From assembly GCA_026914245.1 (NCBI GenBank), contig CP110439.1:1612001-1676000 (forward strand): a stretch of 64,000 bases of DNA, read 5' to 3'. Below, one piece after another: positions 10,045-21,955 of the stretch; positions within the stretch are counted from its first letter, which is position 1; every line of letters begins with the position of its first letter. Under the pieces are notes generated by a model, which worked only from the letters and a program-made list of their open reading frames with translations, was not told where the DNA came from and did not search any database. The translations under genes and the position numbers were made by a program. The DNA is from Puccinia triticina (taxonomy: Eukaryota).

Positions 10045-12700
10045 TATAAATCAGTCATCATAAGCAGGTTGCATCCAATTAACCAGCGCTCTGTACCATC
10101 CATGAGGAGAAATTCACACTTCCTTCATTGGCTGGGTTGTAGCTGCTATTGAAGGGAGTACACACTCCCTTAAAATGCTGTTGCAACTCTGCCATTAAAA
10201 AGAGTGCACACTCCTCTTGATGGCAGGTTTGTGTTGGCCATTGAGGAGACACTCCCTCAAATGGCCAGTACAACCCTGGCATCAAAACTCTGTCAAATGA
10301 GGTTGGTAACAATAGTGATTCCAAGACTACACTTGTTCACGCACTTTATAACTTAAGGTAAAATCCTTGATAAGGTAGCCACTACTCAGGTCTGGTGATG
10401 ATTAACTGTTAAACTGTGGAGCCCAGGGGATCATGTGTTTCCAGTGGTCAGGCAATTTGAAAAATTGATGCTAATTACATCACATTTGAACAATGTTTGG
10501 CCTGAACACAATCTTTGCAACACGCCAGGCAGGTAAGAGATGATTATGGTGTCTTCCACCTCCTCCCACTTTAGGTCTATCTGACAGAGAAGTTGGATTG
10601 TACCACCCTGAAATGATAATCAGGAGATGCATACATCTTGAGGTCCCCTTGTGGCTTGATCAGTTGAGCCTGCCTGGTCACAGTGAAGTTGACCAAGATT
10701 GGCCTGTTCTGATGGACATATGAATTTCAGGATCCTCAGCTGGAACAACCATGGAATGTTTTCCAGGTTGAGTCAAGCTGGAGTTGAGCATTGGGTGAGG
10801 TGAAGTTATGGAATTTGACATGAGGTTAGGATGGAGATGATATCAGCCTGAGTTGAACATAACATCACTATTGACACAAGATTAAGTTGTGTATGTTGCA
10901 CACATGTTGCATGCTTGATACCCGCCAGGGTTGCTGAAGGAAGTTACGGTCTGGCACTCTCTAGAGAGTGCCACACTTTCTCCCCTGGTGCATGTCTTAC
11001 AGTTCCATTTTCTTGGAAGGTGCCAAGCAGAGAGCTGCATCCAGGTCATCCCACCAGGAAAAAAAAGTAGTCACTTGATGGCAAGTGACATGACACAGCT
11101 TTGTTTCCAGCTCCAACACTGCTCCAATGCTGCTCCTCTCCACCAGCACATCTAGGGCTCACATGATAGGTGTCAGGATCAAAGCACTCAATGTGAAAAA
11201 ACCAGATGATGCTCAGCTTTTGCCCTGGCCCAGCTGATGCTCAGCTGATGATCAGCTGATGCTCAGCTTTTCCACTGGCCCAGCTGATGCTCAGCTTTGG
11301 AACTGGCCACCTGATGATCATCTTTGGCCCTGGCACAGCTGATGCTCAGCCTTGGCCGTGGCTCAGCTGATGCTCATCTTTGGCCCTAGCCTAGCTGATT
11401 TTCAGCTCTGATCCTTTCCAAGCTGATTCCCATCTTTTTCCCTGGCCTAGCTCAGCTGATACTCAGCAAGCTGAGCATCAGCTGGCCAGCTGGCCCAGGA
11501 CTGGGTCAAAGCTGAGCGTCAGCTGGGACAGGACTAGGAAAAGGCTGAGGAAAGACTTGTACAAAGCTGAGCATCAGCTGCGCCAGGAATAGTACAAAGC
11601 TGAGCATCACCTGGGCAACGACTGGTCAAAAGGCTTTATTCCAATTCTGAGAGTGAGCTGCGTGAAAAAGCTGAGTATGAGCGGCAAAAAAGCTGATTAT
11701 GAGCTGGGTACCAAAGCTGAGTATCAGCTGGACAGAACTGAGGATCAGTTGGGCTCATCAAAAACTGAACAGGACCTCCTTGGTAAATTTTGGAAGTTGA
11801 GGAGATGGTTGGGAGATTGGGGTAGATAGTGGATAGATATTGGATAGATGGTGGGTAGCTGGCTGGAGCTGGTGTGATGTCACTTGTAATCAACTGAATA
11901 TTTTATTTTCCTGGTGTCCATTGGTCCACAAGGCCATTTTTCTTTGCGCGGCAAGGTATAACAAGCGTTCAAGCCTTTTAAAACTTGGTTTAAAGGTCTT
12001 AAACCAAGGCTTCAAGTCTTTTAACCCTTGGATTTAAAAGTCTTAAACAAAGGGTTTAACCGTTTTAAACCAAATTTTGAAGGTCTTAAACCATGGTTTC
12101 AAGCCTTTCAAACCAAGTTTTAAAGGTCTTGAACCATGGTTTCAAGCCTTTTAAACCAAGGGTTTATGCCTTAAGAAGGTACAAGGCACATTTTGCCAAC
12201 AGCAATCATGTGTATTACTGACAAATTATTTAAGATGCATCTAGCATCAATTCAGCACAAAAACATAGACAAAGAACAGAAATCCAGAGCTACCCATTTT
12301 CCCAGATACAAAAACACATGGTTGTGCGTTTACTATTAGTAGAGCCACTAAGATCAAGCAGTCAACCAAGTGGCCACATGTTGTCCGGTGCAGCCCTAGC
12401 TTAACTAAGCCTCTCAAAGGGAGGGTCCGGGGGACCCCGACCGGAGTGCTCTCCGCAGGAGAGGCTTACACCTAATGTCTGAAGTCTGGCAGGGAAAGGA
12501 AGGATATTCAACCCCAAAATCACTAAGCAAAATATGTACAAAAAAAACTGAACGGACAGATTCATTGGCAGTGCTTTAGGCGCACCCTAACCCAAAGTTT
12601 TGGGCAAAAAGCTCCAAACTGATTGAAGGAGTCCACTTTGAAGGTCAAAAAAATTGTGAAGGATATTAAATTGCTCTGAAGATCCATTTTTGGATTTTCT
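10045..12700. repeat. Diverged segmental duplication of 61202-63237
   Basis: Colinear, near-identical sequence. The copies differ by independent MITE insertions (11052-11916 here, 62619-62863 there). Confidence 0.9.
11052..11916. mobile_element. CACTA-like non-autonomous TIR element with CACCAGG termini
   Basis: TIRs CACCAGGAAAA.../...TTTTCCTGGTG and 3-bp TSD TCC. Absent from the paralogous empty site at about 62200-62210. Many CAGCTGATGCTCAGC subrepeats. Confidence 0.85.
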
Positions 12701-13556
12701 TATAATATGCACAACTGAATTTCCTATTTGCAACAAAATGCAACACTTGAGTGGCTATAGTGTGTAGGATCTGCAGACATCTGCGGGTTTGCGCACCCAG
12801 GATCCACCAGGCATGATGGTTGTGCATCCTTAGTTTACATTTATTTGTGTTTTTTTATTTTTTTTAAAAAAAAACATTAGTACAGTGCAAACGGTTTGGC
12901 TTGAGGGGATGAGACCAGTGCCAAATGACAGCTGAGGTCCAGAAGTATCTTTTGGCCCTGGGGCAGGTCCACAGTACCTGAGGGGGAGGCTGGCTGAGGC
13001 TTAATATCTTCCCTCCAGCCATTTGTGATTTCTTTCCCAGCCAAAATTTTGACATCACGCGCAAGTCCGCCACAGCAAGCCTTACACCAGGGGGGACTTG
13101 TGTTAAGTTAGGGTGCAGCCAAGCTGAGAACATCAGAAACAAAATAAGATTTGGAATGGGAGAGAGAAATTGGCACGCTGACTGCCTCATGAATAAATTC
13201 TTGCTGAACCATACATGTACAATCAGCCATACTCACCACCAAGAGATGAGCAATGCTGATTCTCTATGACAGCTAGTTCTCCAAGGGCAGCAGGGAGTCC
13301 TCAGGAGTCTTCCCATCTCAGAGAGACTGAATGTCTCAGAGATTTCTGATACCAACATGCGGGGACTGTATTGCAAAGCTATCTCAGGAGAGAATATAAG
13401 TCATTTGGTTGTCTCTGTATTTACACCATCTGATCATGAGGAAAGGAAAATATTGGCTCACCTAGCTCAGGAGAGAATATAAGTCAGTTGGTTCTCTGTT
13501 GACCTAGGGAAGGCGGCGATCAGGGCTATATTGGCCTGACCTTGACCAACAGCCAT
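12366..13556. repeat. Kinase-upstream segment paralogous to 31654-34083; its first part is also paralogous to about 62900-63237
   Basis: Colinear similarity; the 31.6-34 kb copy carries extra MITE insertions. Confidence 0.85.
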
Positions 13557-13788
13557 GCCTCCCGGTGATGCTCTTGGCTCGTCCCACTTTTGGCCAACTC
13601 CGGTTGGAACTTAGGAGTTTGTAGGATGACCGAGGGCTCCCGGGCCTGGTAAGATCGGGGGCCCCGTCCTCCGGTCATGTTCCGGGGGACCCTTCTGTCC
13701 ACCAAATCTTTCAGGGAGCGAGCAATCCAGCAGTCTTCACATTCTCCGTCAAACGCCCACACACCTCACTACACCCTCCGCCGACCCC

Positions 13789-14742
13789 ATGGAATCAGCA
13801 CACGAATCACTATACGACAGTATGCGCAAAACTATCACTTCCCAAGGGATCACCGCCGCCGAGGAGCTCTGGATCGGGCGTGATACCAGCGGTAAGCGCG
13901 GCCACGCCTCACTCATCAACCCTGCATCCCACCAATCACCATCTCACATCTACATATTGTCTTACAGAAATCGAGAAGCAGCTAGAACCGCTGCTCAATT
14001 TTCTTGGAAGTTTTCTCGGAATGAAATTGTTCACGTCAGATCCCGATGGAAGACTTGAAAAGGCAATGTCGAGGATGGTTCGCCTTTATAAGAGCAGTAA
14101 CTTCGACGCTTTCAGGCCTCTTATCGAGCTCTTTCTCAAAAACCCGGCCAAGTCCGATCAAGAAACGTATGATTTCATCAAACAAGAATTCAACAGCCCC
14201 CCAAGCCATCGGTCATTCACGCCGAGCTCTGTGAGGACCGGCACTACAGCCGACCGCTTGCATTCTTCCAGCAACCCAAGCCATCAGTTATCCTCATCAA
14301 ACCTTGTGAGGACCGACACTACAGCCGGCCACGTGGATTCTTCCAGTAAACTTCCTGACTTCCTTCCTGCGCTACACCGGGAATTGAACGAATTAATGTA
14401 CATGGATGTGACCGATTTGACCGTGGATCGTTTCATCAGGTTACATCACCCCGAATCTGCCTCGCTCCTGAAAGAATACCGCGAACTCACCTCGCTCCTA
14501 CAACCCTGCGAAAATCTTATCAATCAAAAGTACGAAGAACAATTAAAAGACACTTCGGAGGTGCATGTGTTGAACTGGATCACACCAATTCTAGAGCACA
14601 TCTCGACCATGCTGCAGCCACTTGTATCAGCTCTTCCGAATTCTCGTACTTGGCGGTCCCTGTGTGACAAACCTATACAGGGCGTTGATGGAAAACGAAA
14701 GCCGGACGGTGCAATTATGTCTCAGTATATCAAGGACGAATA
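13789..14742 (+). pseudogene. 3'-truncated FunK1-type kinase paralog (copy 1): exon 13789-13891, intron 13892-13967, exon from 13968
   Basis: Homologous to copy 2 up to IKDEY, then joins the 3.8-kb duplicated block at 14743. The kinase domain is missing. Confidence 0.85.
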
Positions 14743-17700
14743 TTGTCGAGTCGCTCGGCGGTGGCAGTGGCTCTGAATTTTTCCGCTTCCCGCTGGTTTC
14801 TTCTATCCGCGTATTTGTTCTAGGAGATGAAGAGAGATAGGGTGGCGGGGGTCGGCTATCTTTTTTCGCTTGATGGGCGGAGGATGGTGGGCGAGACGTT
14901 CAAGGATGTAGTCGCGGTGCTTGATGAACTCAAGCCGGTCCAGTTCGTCCACATCATCGCGTCCCCAGCGCCATCGTAACGGGTCGTGATGCTCATGGCT
15001 CGTCCCACTTTTGCCAACTCCGGTTGGAACTTGGGAGTAGGATGACCGAGGGCTCCCGGGCCTGGTAACATCGGGGGCCCCTTCCTCCGGTCATGTTCCG
15101 GGGGACCCTTCTGTCCACCAAATCTTTCAGGGAGCAAGCAATCCAGCAGTCTTCACATTCTCCGTCAAACGCCCACACACCTCACCACACCCTCCGCCGA
15201 CCCCATGGAATCAACACATGAATCACTATACGACAGTATGCGCAAAATTATCACTTCCCAAGGGATCACCCCCGCCGAGGAGCTCTGGATCGGGCGTGAT
15301 ACCAGCGGTAAGCGCGGCCACGCCTCACTCATCAACCCTGCATCCCACCAATCACCATCTCACATCTACATATTGTCTTACAGAAATCAAGAAGCAGCTA
15401 GAACCGCTGCTCAATTTTCTTGGAAGTTTTCTCCTCACGTCAGATTACGATGAAAAACTTCAAAAGGCAATGTTGAGGATGGGTCGCCTTTATAAGAGCA
15501 GTGACTTCGACCCTTTCAGACCTCTTATCACGTTCCTCCTCGAAGACCCGGCCAAGTCCGACCAACAAACGTACGATTTCATCAAAGAAGAATTCAAAAG
15601 CCCCTCAAGCCATCGGTCATTCACGCCGAGCTCTGTGAGGACCGGCACTACAGCCGACCGCGTGCATTCTTCCAGCAACCCAAGCCATCAGTTATCCTCA
15701 TCAAACCTTGTGAGGACCGACACTACAGCCGGCCGCGTGGATTCTTCCAGTAAACTTCCTGACTTCCTTCCTGCGCTACACCGGGAATTGAACGAATTAA
15801 TGTACATGGATGTGACCGATTTGACCGTGGATCGTTTCATCAGGTTACATCACCCCGAATCTGCCTCGCTCCTGAAAGAATACCGCGAACTCACCTCGCT
15901 CCTACAACCCTGCGAAAATCTTATCAATCAAAAGTACGAAGAACAATTAAAAGACACTTCGGAGGTGCATGTGTTGAACTGGATCACACCAATTCTAGAG
16001 CACATCTCGACCATGCTGCAGCCACTTGTATCAGCTCTTCCGAATTCTCGTACTTGGCGGTCCCTGTGTGACAAACCTATACAGGGCGTTGATGGAAAAC
16101 GAAAGCCGGACGGTGCAATTATGTCTCAGTATATCAAGGACGAATATCACATTGAAGATCTTCTGGTCCCTGTCGAGCTGAAAAAGAACCAATCGGATGT
16201 CCAAGAGGCGGCCCGTTGCTTGGCCAAATACGTCCACCCAGTCTTCGCAGCTCAGCCCACCCGAAGCTACGTCATTGGGTTGACACTGTGCGGAACTTCG
16301 ATGCAGCTCTGGCAATTTGATAGGTCCGGTGCCATCGGATCTGAATCATTCGACATCAAAGCGACCAAAGAAAACTTCATCAAGTTTCTTACTCTCATGA
16401 CGCTGTTTTTGACGACAAACAAGCAAGTCCTCGGCTTTGATCCAACCTTCGTTGAAGGTGCTGGGCCGGCTTGTACTCCGCGACCGCAGGAGAAAAAAAT
16501 CAGCACCGAGTCTGTTCCTCAACAACTGACAAACATCAGCACCGAGTCCGTTTCTCAACAACCGATAGAAAACAGCACCGAGTCTGTTCCTCAACAACTG
16601 ATAAACACCAACACTGGTCAACAACTTGTAATCGACCACCTCGTCTTCCGAGCGGCGGCAATCTGCGGACGTGGGACAACCTGCTGGGAAGCGCATCTCC
16701 GTGAAGATAAGGACCAAAAATTTCTCATCAAGGATTCATGGCAACCCGAAGACCGGATAGTAGAAGGAGAGATGCTTTGCGATGTGACAAGACAAAACGT
16801 CCCTAATGTTGCGCGATATCACCATCATGAAGATGTCCACGTGGCTGGCCGGAGAGTCGACACTGAATTTTACGTTCGGGATCGCATAGAATTTAGAGGG
16901 AAACGCAAGATCAACATCGGTAATCCCCCTGCCGATCCAGAACTACTAAATTGCTTTACTAATCTGGTTCATAGACGGTTGATCCTCAAAGACGTGGGGC
17001 AATCTATTTCGAAAGTCGAAGATGTGTCTGGTCTGTTAGCGGCCCTCGAGGGCTGTATCAAAGGCCACTATGGCTTATTCCAAGCGGGCTATCTACACAG
17101 AGATATCTCTATCAACAACCTCATGATTAACAAGCCGACAGATCCGATTCCAAAAGCATTCCTAATTGACCTAGATGTGGCGATTCCCCGCTCTAACGAG
17201 GACCCTCAAGAGCTCCATGCCAGAACCGGCACGAAAGTTTTCATGTCGAGTGGGTTACTTCTGAAAAAACATCGCCACTCTTTCGTGGATGACCTGGAGT
17301 CATTCTTTTGGGTCTTAATATGGATTTGCATCCATTATCCGGCTGAAGAAAGGAAAAAAACTGGTATGGTGCGCGGTTGGAATCAGGCGGGCATGAAGGC
17401 ACTAGGAAACATGAAGGGTAATTCCCTCTCGGATCCTACTCAGCTTGTGGAGGAATTTACAACTAGTCACAAACAATCTGATCCTCTCATCAAATGTGTC
17501 TACGAGTTTGCCGAAATCATGAGCGATCCCGAAGTCAGAAACGATACGCTCAATCCACCTAGGACACTTTATGGTAACATAATCAACGTTTTACGAGTCG
17601 CTCAAGGAAAGCCAACTGAGACAATTACTTAGCCAGTCATAAGCGTAAGTAGGTCCACTGCTTTTCGTCCGCCTCGTTTGGCTAGGCCACTGACCTGACC

Positions 17701-18540
17701 TATTTTTTCTAGGACACCACTTTTTGTTTACATTTTGTTTCCTTCTGATATCATCATTGTTCACAACCATTGATCACCAATCCATAGCCAATTCTTCTTT
17801 TGATAATTTGACTTATCTTGCCTCTTTTCCAAACCATGTTAAATTTTTTGAAAAGGTGGTTGTCTTTTCAAAAGCAAAAGAATTTTTTTCCCCAACTGTT
17901 TCAATAAATCCCTGCTGTTTGTCAGTGATTGTGGTTGGAGTGAGATGATCAGCTATCTGCTCAATATTCTTGAGCTTGGATTACTCTCTGCTCAATATTC
18001 TTCAACTCGGATTAAGAGCAGATTTAACCGTACAGCTTGGACAGGGTTGAATGGAGTTTGATAGCGAACTTGGATCTATCAGTTGTGTGAATTGGTCTCT
18101 TGATTTCTAACAATCACCAAGTTAACTAACTGAAGCCTCCTTCAGCCCCAAGCACTGCACTGAGGCACCATCTGACCCCATTGACATATGGCTCTCTAGT
18201 GGCCTGTATTTGAACAATGGTGAACCAATCAACAGGCTCAAGCGGTTGATTGAGCAGAAGCAAAGCGGAAATACCCACCATGGCCTCTTACAGATGGCTC
18301 TTGATGTCCTGTGTTGCCCAGGTAGGAAAAACTCAATCTTTTGCATACAAGCAACAAAAAACTGACCCGTTTTCCTAAAATAATTAGCCACAACAGTTGT
18401 TGTCAGGCATACATTCAGCTTTTGCTGAGATTATGTCTTGACCAGGAGAAACAGTCTCCATGCAAAGTTGGTGAGTCAAGGTATGGCCTTGGTGTTCTAT
18501 TCAAAGAACAACAACATCCAACCTCTGGTGCTACATGAAT
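14743..18540 (+). repeat. 3.8-kb duplication of 35561-39358
   Basis: Constant offset of 20818, every ORF wholly inside the block identical, no differences seen by eye. Flanks differ at both ends. Confidence 0.95.
15205..17632 (+). CDS. FunK1-type fungal protein kinase with an upstream PD-(D/E)xK-like domain (copy 2); exons 15205-15307 and 15384-17632, about 783 aa
   Basis: A 76-nt GTAAGC..CTCAC..CAG intron joins MESTHESL...RDTS in frame to the long ORF. Motifs RKPDG...VPVELKK, QFDRSG, LGFDPT, GRGTTCW, IKDSW, HRDISINNL, LIDLD, TGTKVFMS, DDLESFFWVL. Confidence 0.88.
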
Positions 18541-19476
18541 TCTTCTCTCAACCTCATACGACAAAATTTGTCGCAGCACAAAAGCAAGACCACCGCGTGA
18601 AGACCACTGGTCAACACTGGATCTGCCATCATTCAAAAATTATCTCAGCTGCAAAGTGGCTCGACTATTTATAGCCTTCGGTCTGGCCTCTGTTCTCCAT
18701 TGTCGCTCAGCATTGTAGCTTTTGACCGGCTCTGTCCGCCACATTGACCTATTCATTACCTTTGTTTTCCTTTGTTACTTTTGCAAATGATCTTTTTTGT
18801 ACTCTAATTCCACCTCTTCCGGCGCGAGATCCACCTCATGAAATGCACTGCCTCTCCAATTGCGACCCCTCCATTCTACTCCTTAAGCTATCTTGACATT
18901 CACGGAACGTGTATTTTACTTTTTAACTACCTCAAACTGCATTTCTGACCTGAAGAATTGCTTTCTTCATCAAACACCACTGCCGGCGCCACAATGCCCA
19001 AGGCTCTGTTTCACCGGATCTGGAAAATGGCAATACACTTGCACTTTTGGTTACCCCCCTCACTGTGACTAAATGTCTTTTGTCTCCTCATTCTCACCTA
19101 AATGTCTTTTGAATAATTTCCTTTTGCATTGAGCCACGGCTATGTACGTGGAATATAGCCCAGCCCTTGCCCCGTTGACTTTGACTTTGAGAGACACAGT
19201 GACTAAAAGAGATTTTACCTAATGCAGCCTGGGGATAGGGCATTGGATGCGGCATCAACTCACAATAAACTCCCCTTGCCATGTGAGGCATCCACAACAT
19301 ACTCGAATATTGTTCCACTTCCACTACAACCAACAACTAAACTTTAGTCTTTATCCCACAACGTCAATCTCAAATCATCACTTTACATGTCTTACATTGG
19401 TCCTGCCTGTTTGCGCAAGGAGGAAAACAACGAGCAATTGATTTTTGCTCAATGTATGCCTGATGGAGCTCACCTA

Positions 19477-19950
19477 CTGGGAGATTGTGATATGGCATGT
19501 ATTTATTGTCACTAGGCACTACATTGGCCTGAAGAGCGGGCAATAGTTGATTTCAATGGCAACAATCAAGCCTTTTCAACATGCTGTCAGAAAGGAAAGG
19601 TCAAATTACCGGACGCCTTTGCCCCTGGTCCCAAATACCCGGAGTTTTTGAAGAATCTGTTGACCAGTGACTCAAAAGGTACGCACACTAGCATTGGATT
19701 TTGGCAACTTCAACTGAAGCAGTGATCCACTTCATCTTCAGATGCTAAAAACTTCCAGATATATATAAGGACATACAAAAACATGATATCCTTTACTTCT
19801 CTTGGCTTCACTCTTAGCAATCAAGCGGGCAAAGTCCCAAGAGCACCGGTGTTCACTATTCAAGGAGGACTGTCTCACAACATTGGTCCAATTCAACCGT
19901 TAGTAGCAAGTGATGCTCATTTTTCTCAGATTTTTGTTGTGGGCAATGGA
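19477..19950 (+). pseudogene. Helitron Rep/helicase N-terminal fragment
   Basis: CIYCH*ALHWPEERA...CCQKGKVKLP...YPEFLKNLL, intron 19679-19741, then NFQIYIRTYKNMISFTSLG...FTIQGGLSHNIGPIQP...FSQIFV. This matches the conserved Helitron RepHel N-terminus. Contains a stop and is truncated. Confidence 0.8.
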
Positions 19951-20650
19951 GCTCTCTTCAAGAGGCAAATCATTGGAAGACATGTGCTCTTGGATCATTT
20001 GCAAGCAGTTCTACACGTGATGGCATTGACGTTGTGAGAATAAAAGCTGGTTAATTGGTGAAGAATGTCCGCTAACCGCCTCCTTCAAGAATATTGATGT
20101 CCGGGCTGTGTGATTGTTGGTAACTCGGCTCCGCACTGCTACTTTCCGCTAGCCTTCAGCGCTTCTCTACTAAGCCTGATCTATAGTGTAATAATCCGCA
20201 AGTAACTAAAGCTCCGCACTTCGTAAGCACAAGAATCCGCAAGTAACTCTCAAAGTAAAGGTAAGATCCCGATAATCTCCTAACAACTCTAGTACTTCCG
20301 TAGCAACATTGTAAACGCTGCGCTGCGCTAAAAAAAGCTGTCATTTAGCGCAGCGCAGCGGTCACACCGCTACGTCCCAGAGGCATGTAGCGGAAGCTGT
20401 TGAAAAAACCGCTGCGCTACTCGCTACGCGCAGCGGTTGACCGCTACCCACCCAGGGCAATTAGCGTTAGCGCAGCGGAAGCGGAAATCCGCTGCGCTAT
20501 CCGCTAAATTAGCGGATAGCGGAATTTAATTGCATGTTAAACCTCTTTTAACATGATTTAAACCATCTTCTTTCTTTTTTTTCAAACTGCTGCGCTACCT
20601 CTGAAGCGCAGCGGTTCAGCGCTACGTGACCGCTTTTTTTAGCGCGCTAA

Positions 20651-20943
20651 GAGCATCTTTACCGGTCGATCTATGTTGGCGCGAGTTTTGACTCGCAGCT
20701 GTTGCAAACTAACTTAGCGAGAGCGATTCAGCCGTATCGGTTCGGCTTGCGCGGGGTGGAGCTGAGTGGTGGGCGCGGGAAATGGCAGTTAGCTTCGAGC
20801 TAACCGTCACTAAATGTAGTGACGGTTAGCTGAAATTCAAGCTTCCCACTAATTTAGCTTGGGCTTAGCTACACCCGGGGTGGTTGAGATTGGTGGCTAA
20901 ACTAGCTAATTTCGAGCTAAACTAGTCACCGGTAAGGATGCTC
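20651..20943. mobile_element. PIF/Harbinger (Tourist-like) MITE
   Basis: TIRs GAGCATCTTTACCGGT / ACCGGTAAGGATGCTC and TSD TAA. Nested in a GCGCAGCGG-rich repeat element (about 20290-21090). Confidence 0.85.
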
Positions 20944-21624
20944 TAAAATTATCTTTTTTTTTCCCAGGAAAACAAAAAGCAGTAAGCGCAGCGGTCTGGC
21001 CGCTGCGCGCAGAGTTTAGCGCAGCGGCACAAAAAACCGCTGCGCTAAAAGCAACGCAGCTGTCACAACTACGGACCGTAGTTGTAAGTACAAAGATGAG
21101 TAATTCCGTAAGAAGATGATCCGATAAGGTAAAGAAGAGAAAGAGAAATCCGTTCCCCCGTCCTTCCCTCCACGCAAATCGCCGTTCCCACCCAATCCCG
21201 CACATCTGACACTTTCCCGCACTAGTCCTCCAGCTCCGCCCGCTATCCCTCTCGTCACTCTCCCAGACTCCGCTCCTCTCCGACCCTTGTCCTCCCACCA
21301 TCCTCTGTCTAGCCCCCGTCAGTCGTTCTCTTGCCGCCGCCTTCACCCCGGTTCCACGCGAACCTGAAACATTCCACAATATGTACCATGACAACGTGTA
21401 ATTATACGTTACCAAGTGCTCATAATGAGGATGCCCATCGGTAACGGCCGTTTGATCAAGGATTGTCCTTAAGAGTGAAAAAATTCATCATGATCATCTT
21501 CTCACCAATTAAAGTTTTTTTTAACTTGAAGCAAGACTGGGCTCAGGAAACATAACTTATGATTTTTCCTTCCTCCTGAGCCCAGCAGTAACGTAACTTT
21601 CTTTTGACAAAAAAAGTGAAATAA

Positions 21625-21955
21625 CGCTCTGGAGCGAGCTTGCTGCCGTCAGTTCAGTGCGCCGCGGCTGTACTGTCGGATTACACGTAAAACGACAGTA
21701 CGACTGCGGCGCGTACGAACCCAGCTCGCTCTGGAGCGAGCTTGCTGCCGTCAGTTCAGTGCGCCGCGGCTGTACTGTTGGATTACACGTAAACTGACAG
21801 TACGACCGCGGCGCGTACGAACCCAGCTCGCTCTGGAGCGAGCTTGCTGCCGTCAGTTCAGTGCGCCGCGGCTGTACTGTTGGATTGCACGTAAACCAAC
21901 AGTACGACTGCGGCGGGTACAAACCCAGCTTGCTCTAAAGCGAGCTGGCTGCCGT
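21625..21955. repeat. 102-bp tandem repeat (about 3.25 units), each unit with an internal hairpin
   Basis: Units start at 21625, 21727, 21829 and 21931 and are near-identical. Confidence 0.9.

Noticed and set aside
15218..15383. ORF-track N-terminus (MNHYTTVC...) of the 804-aa kinase, also at 36036
   Set aside because: It reads through a canonical 76-nt intron. That ATG is ACG in copy 1, whereas the ATG at 15205/13789 is conserved and splices in frame.
14743..18540. Kinase block as an autonomous transposon or an LTR pair
   Set aside because: No TIRs, TSDs, PBS/PPT or Helitron termini at its ends, and the interval between the two copies is not a retroelement interior.
21625..21955. CRISPR-like array of palindromic repeats
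   Set aside because: Whole units are repeated with no unique spacers, there are no cas genes, and the context is eukaryotic.
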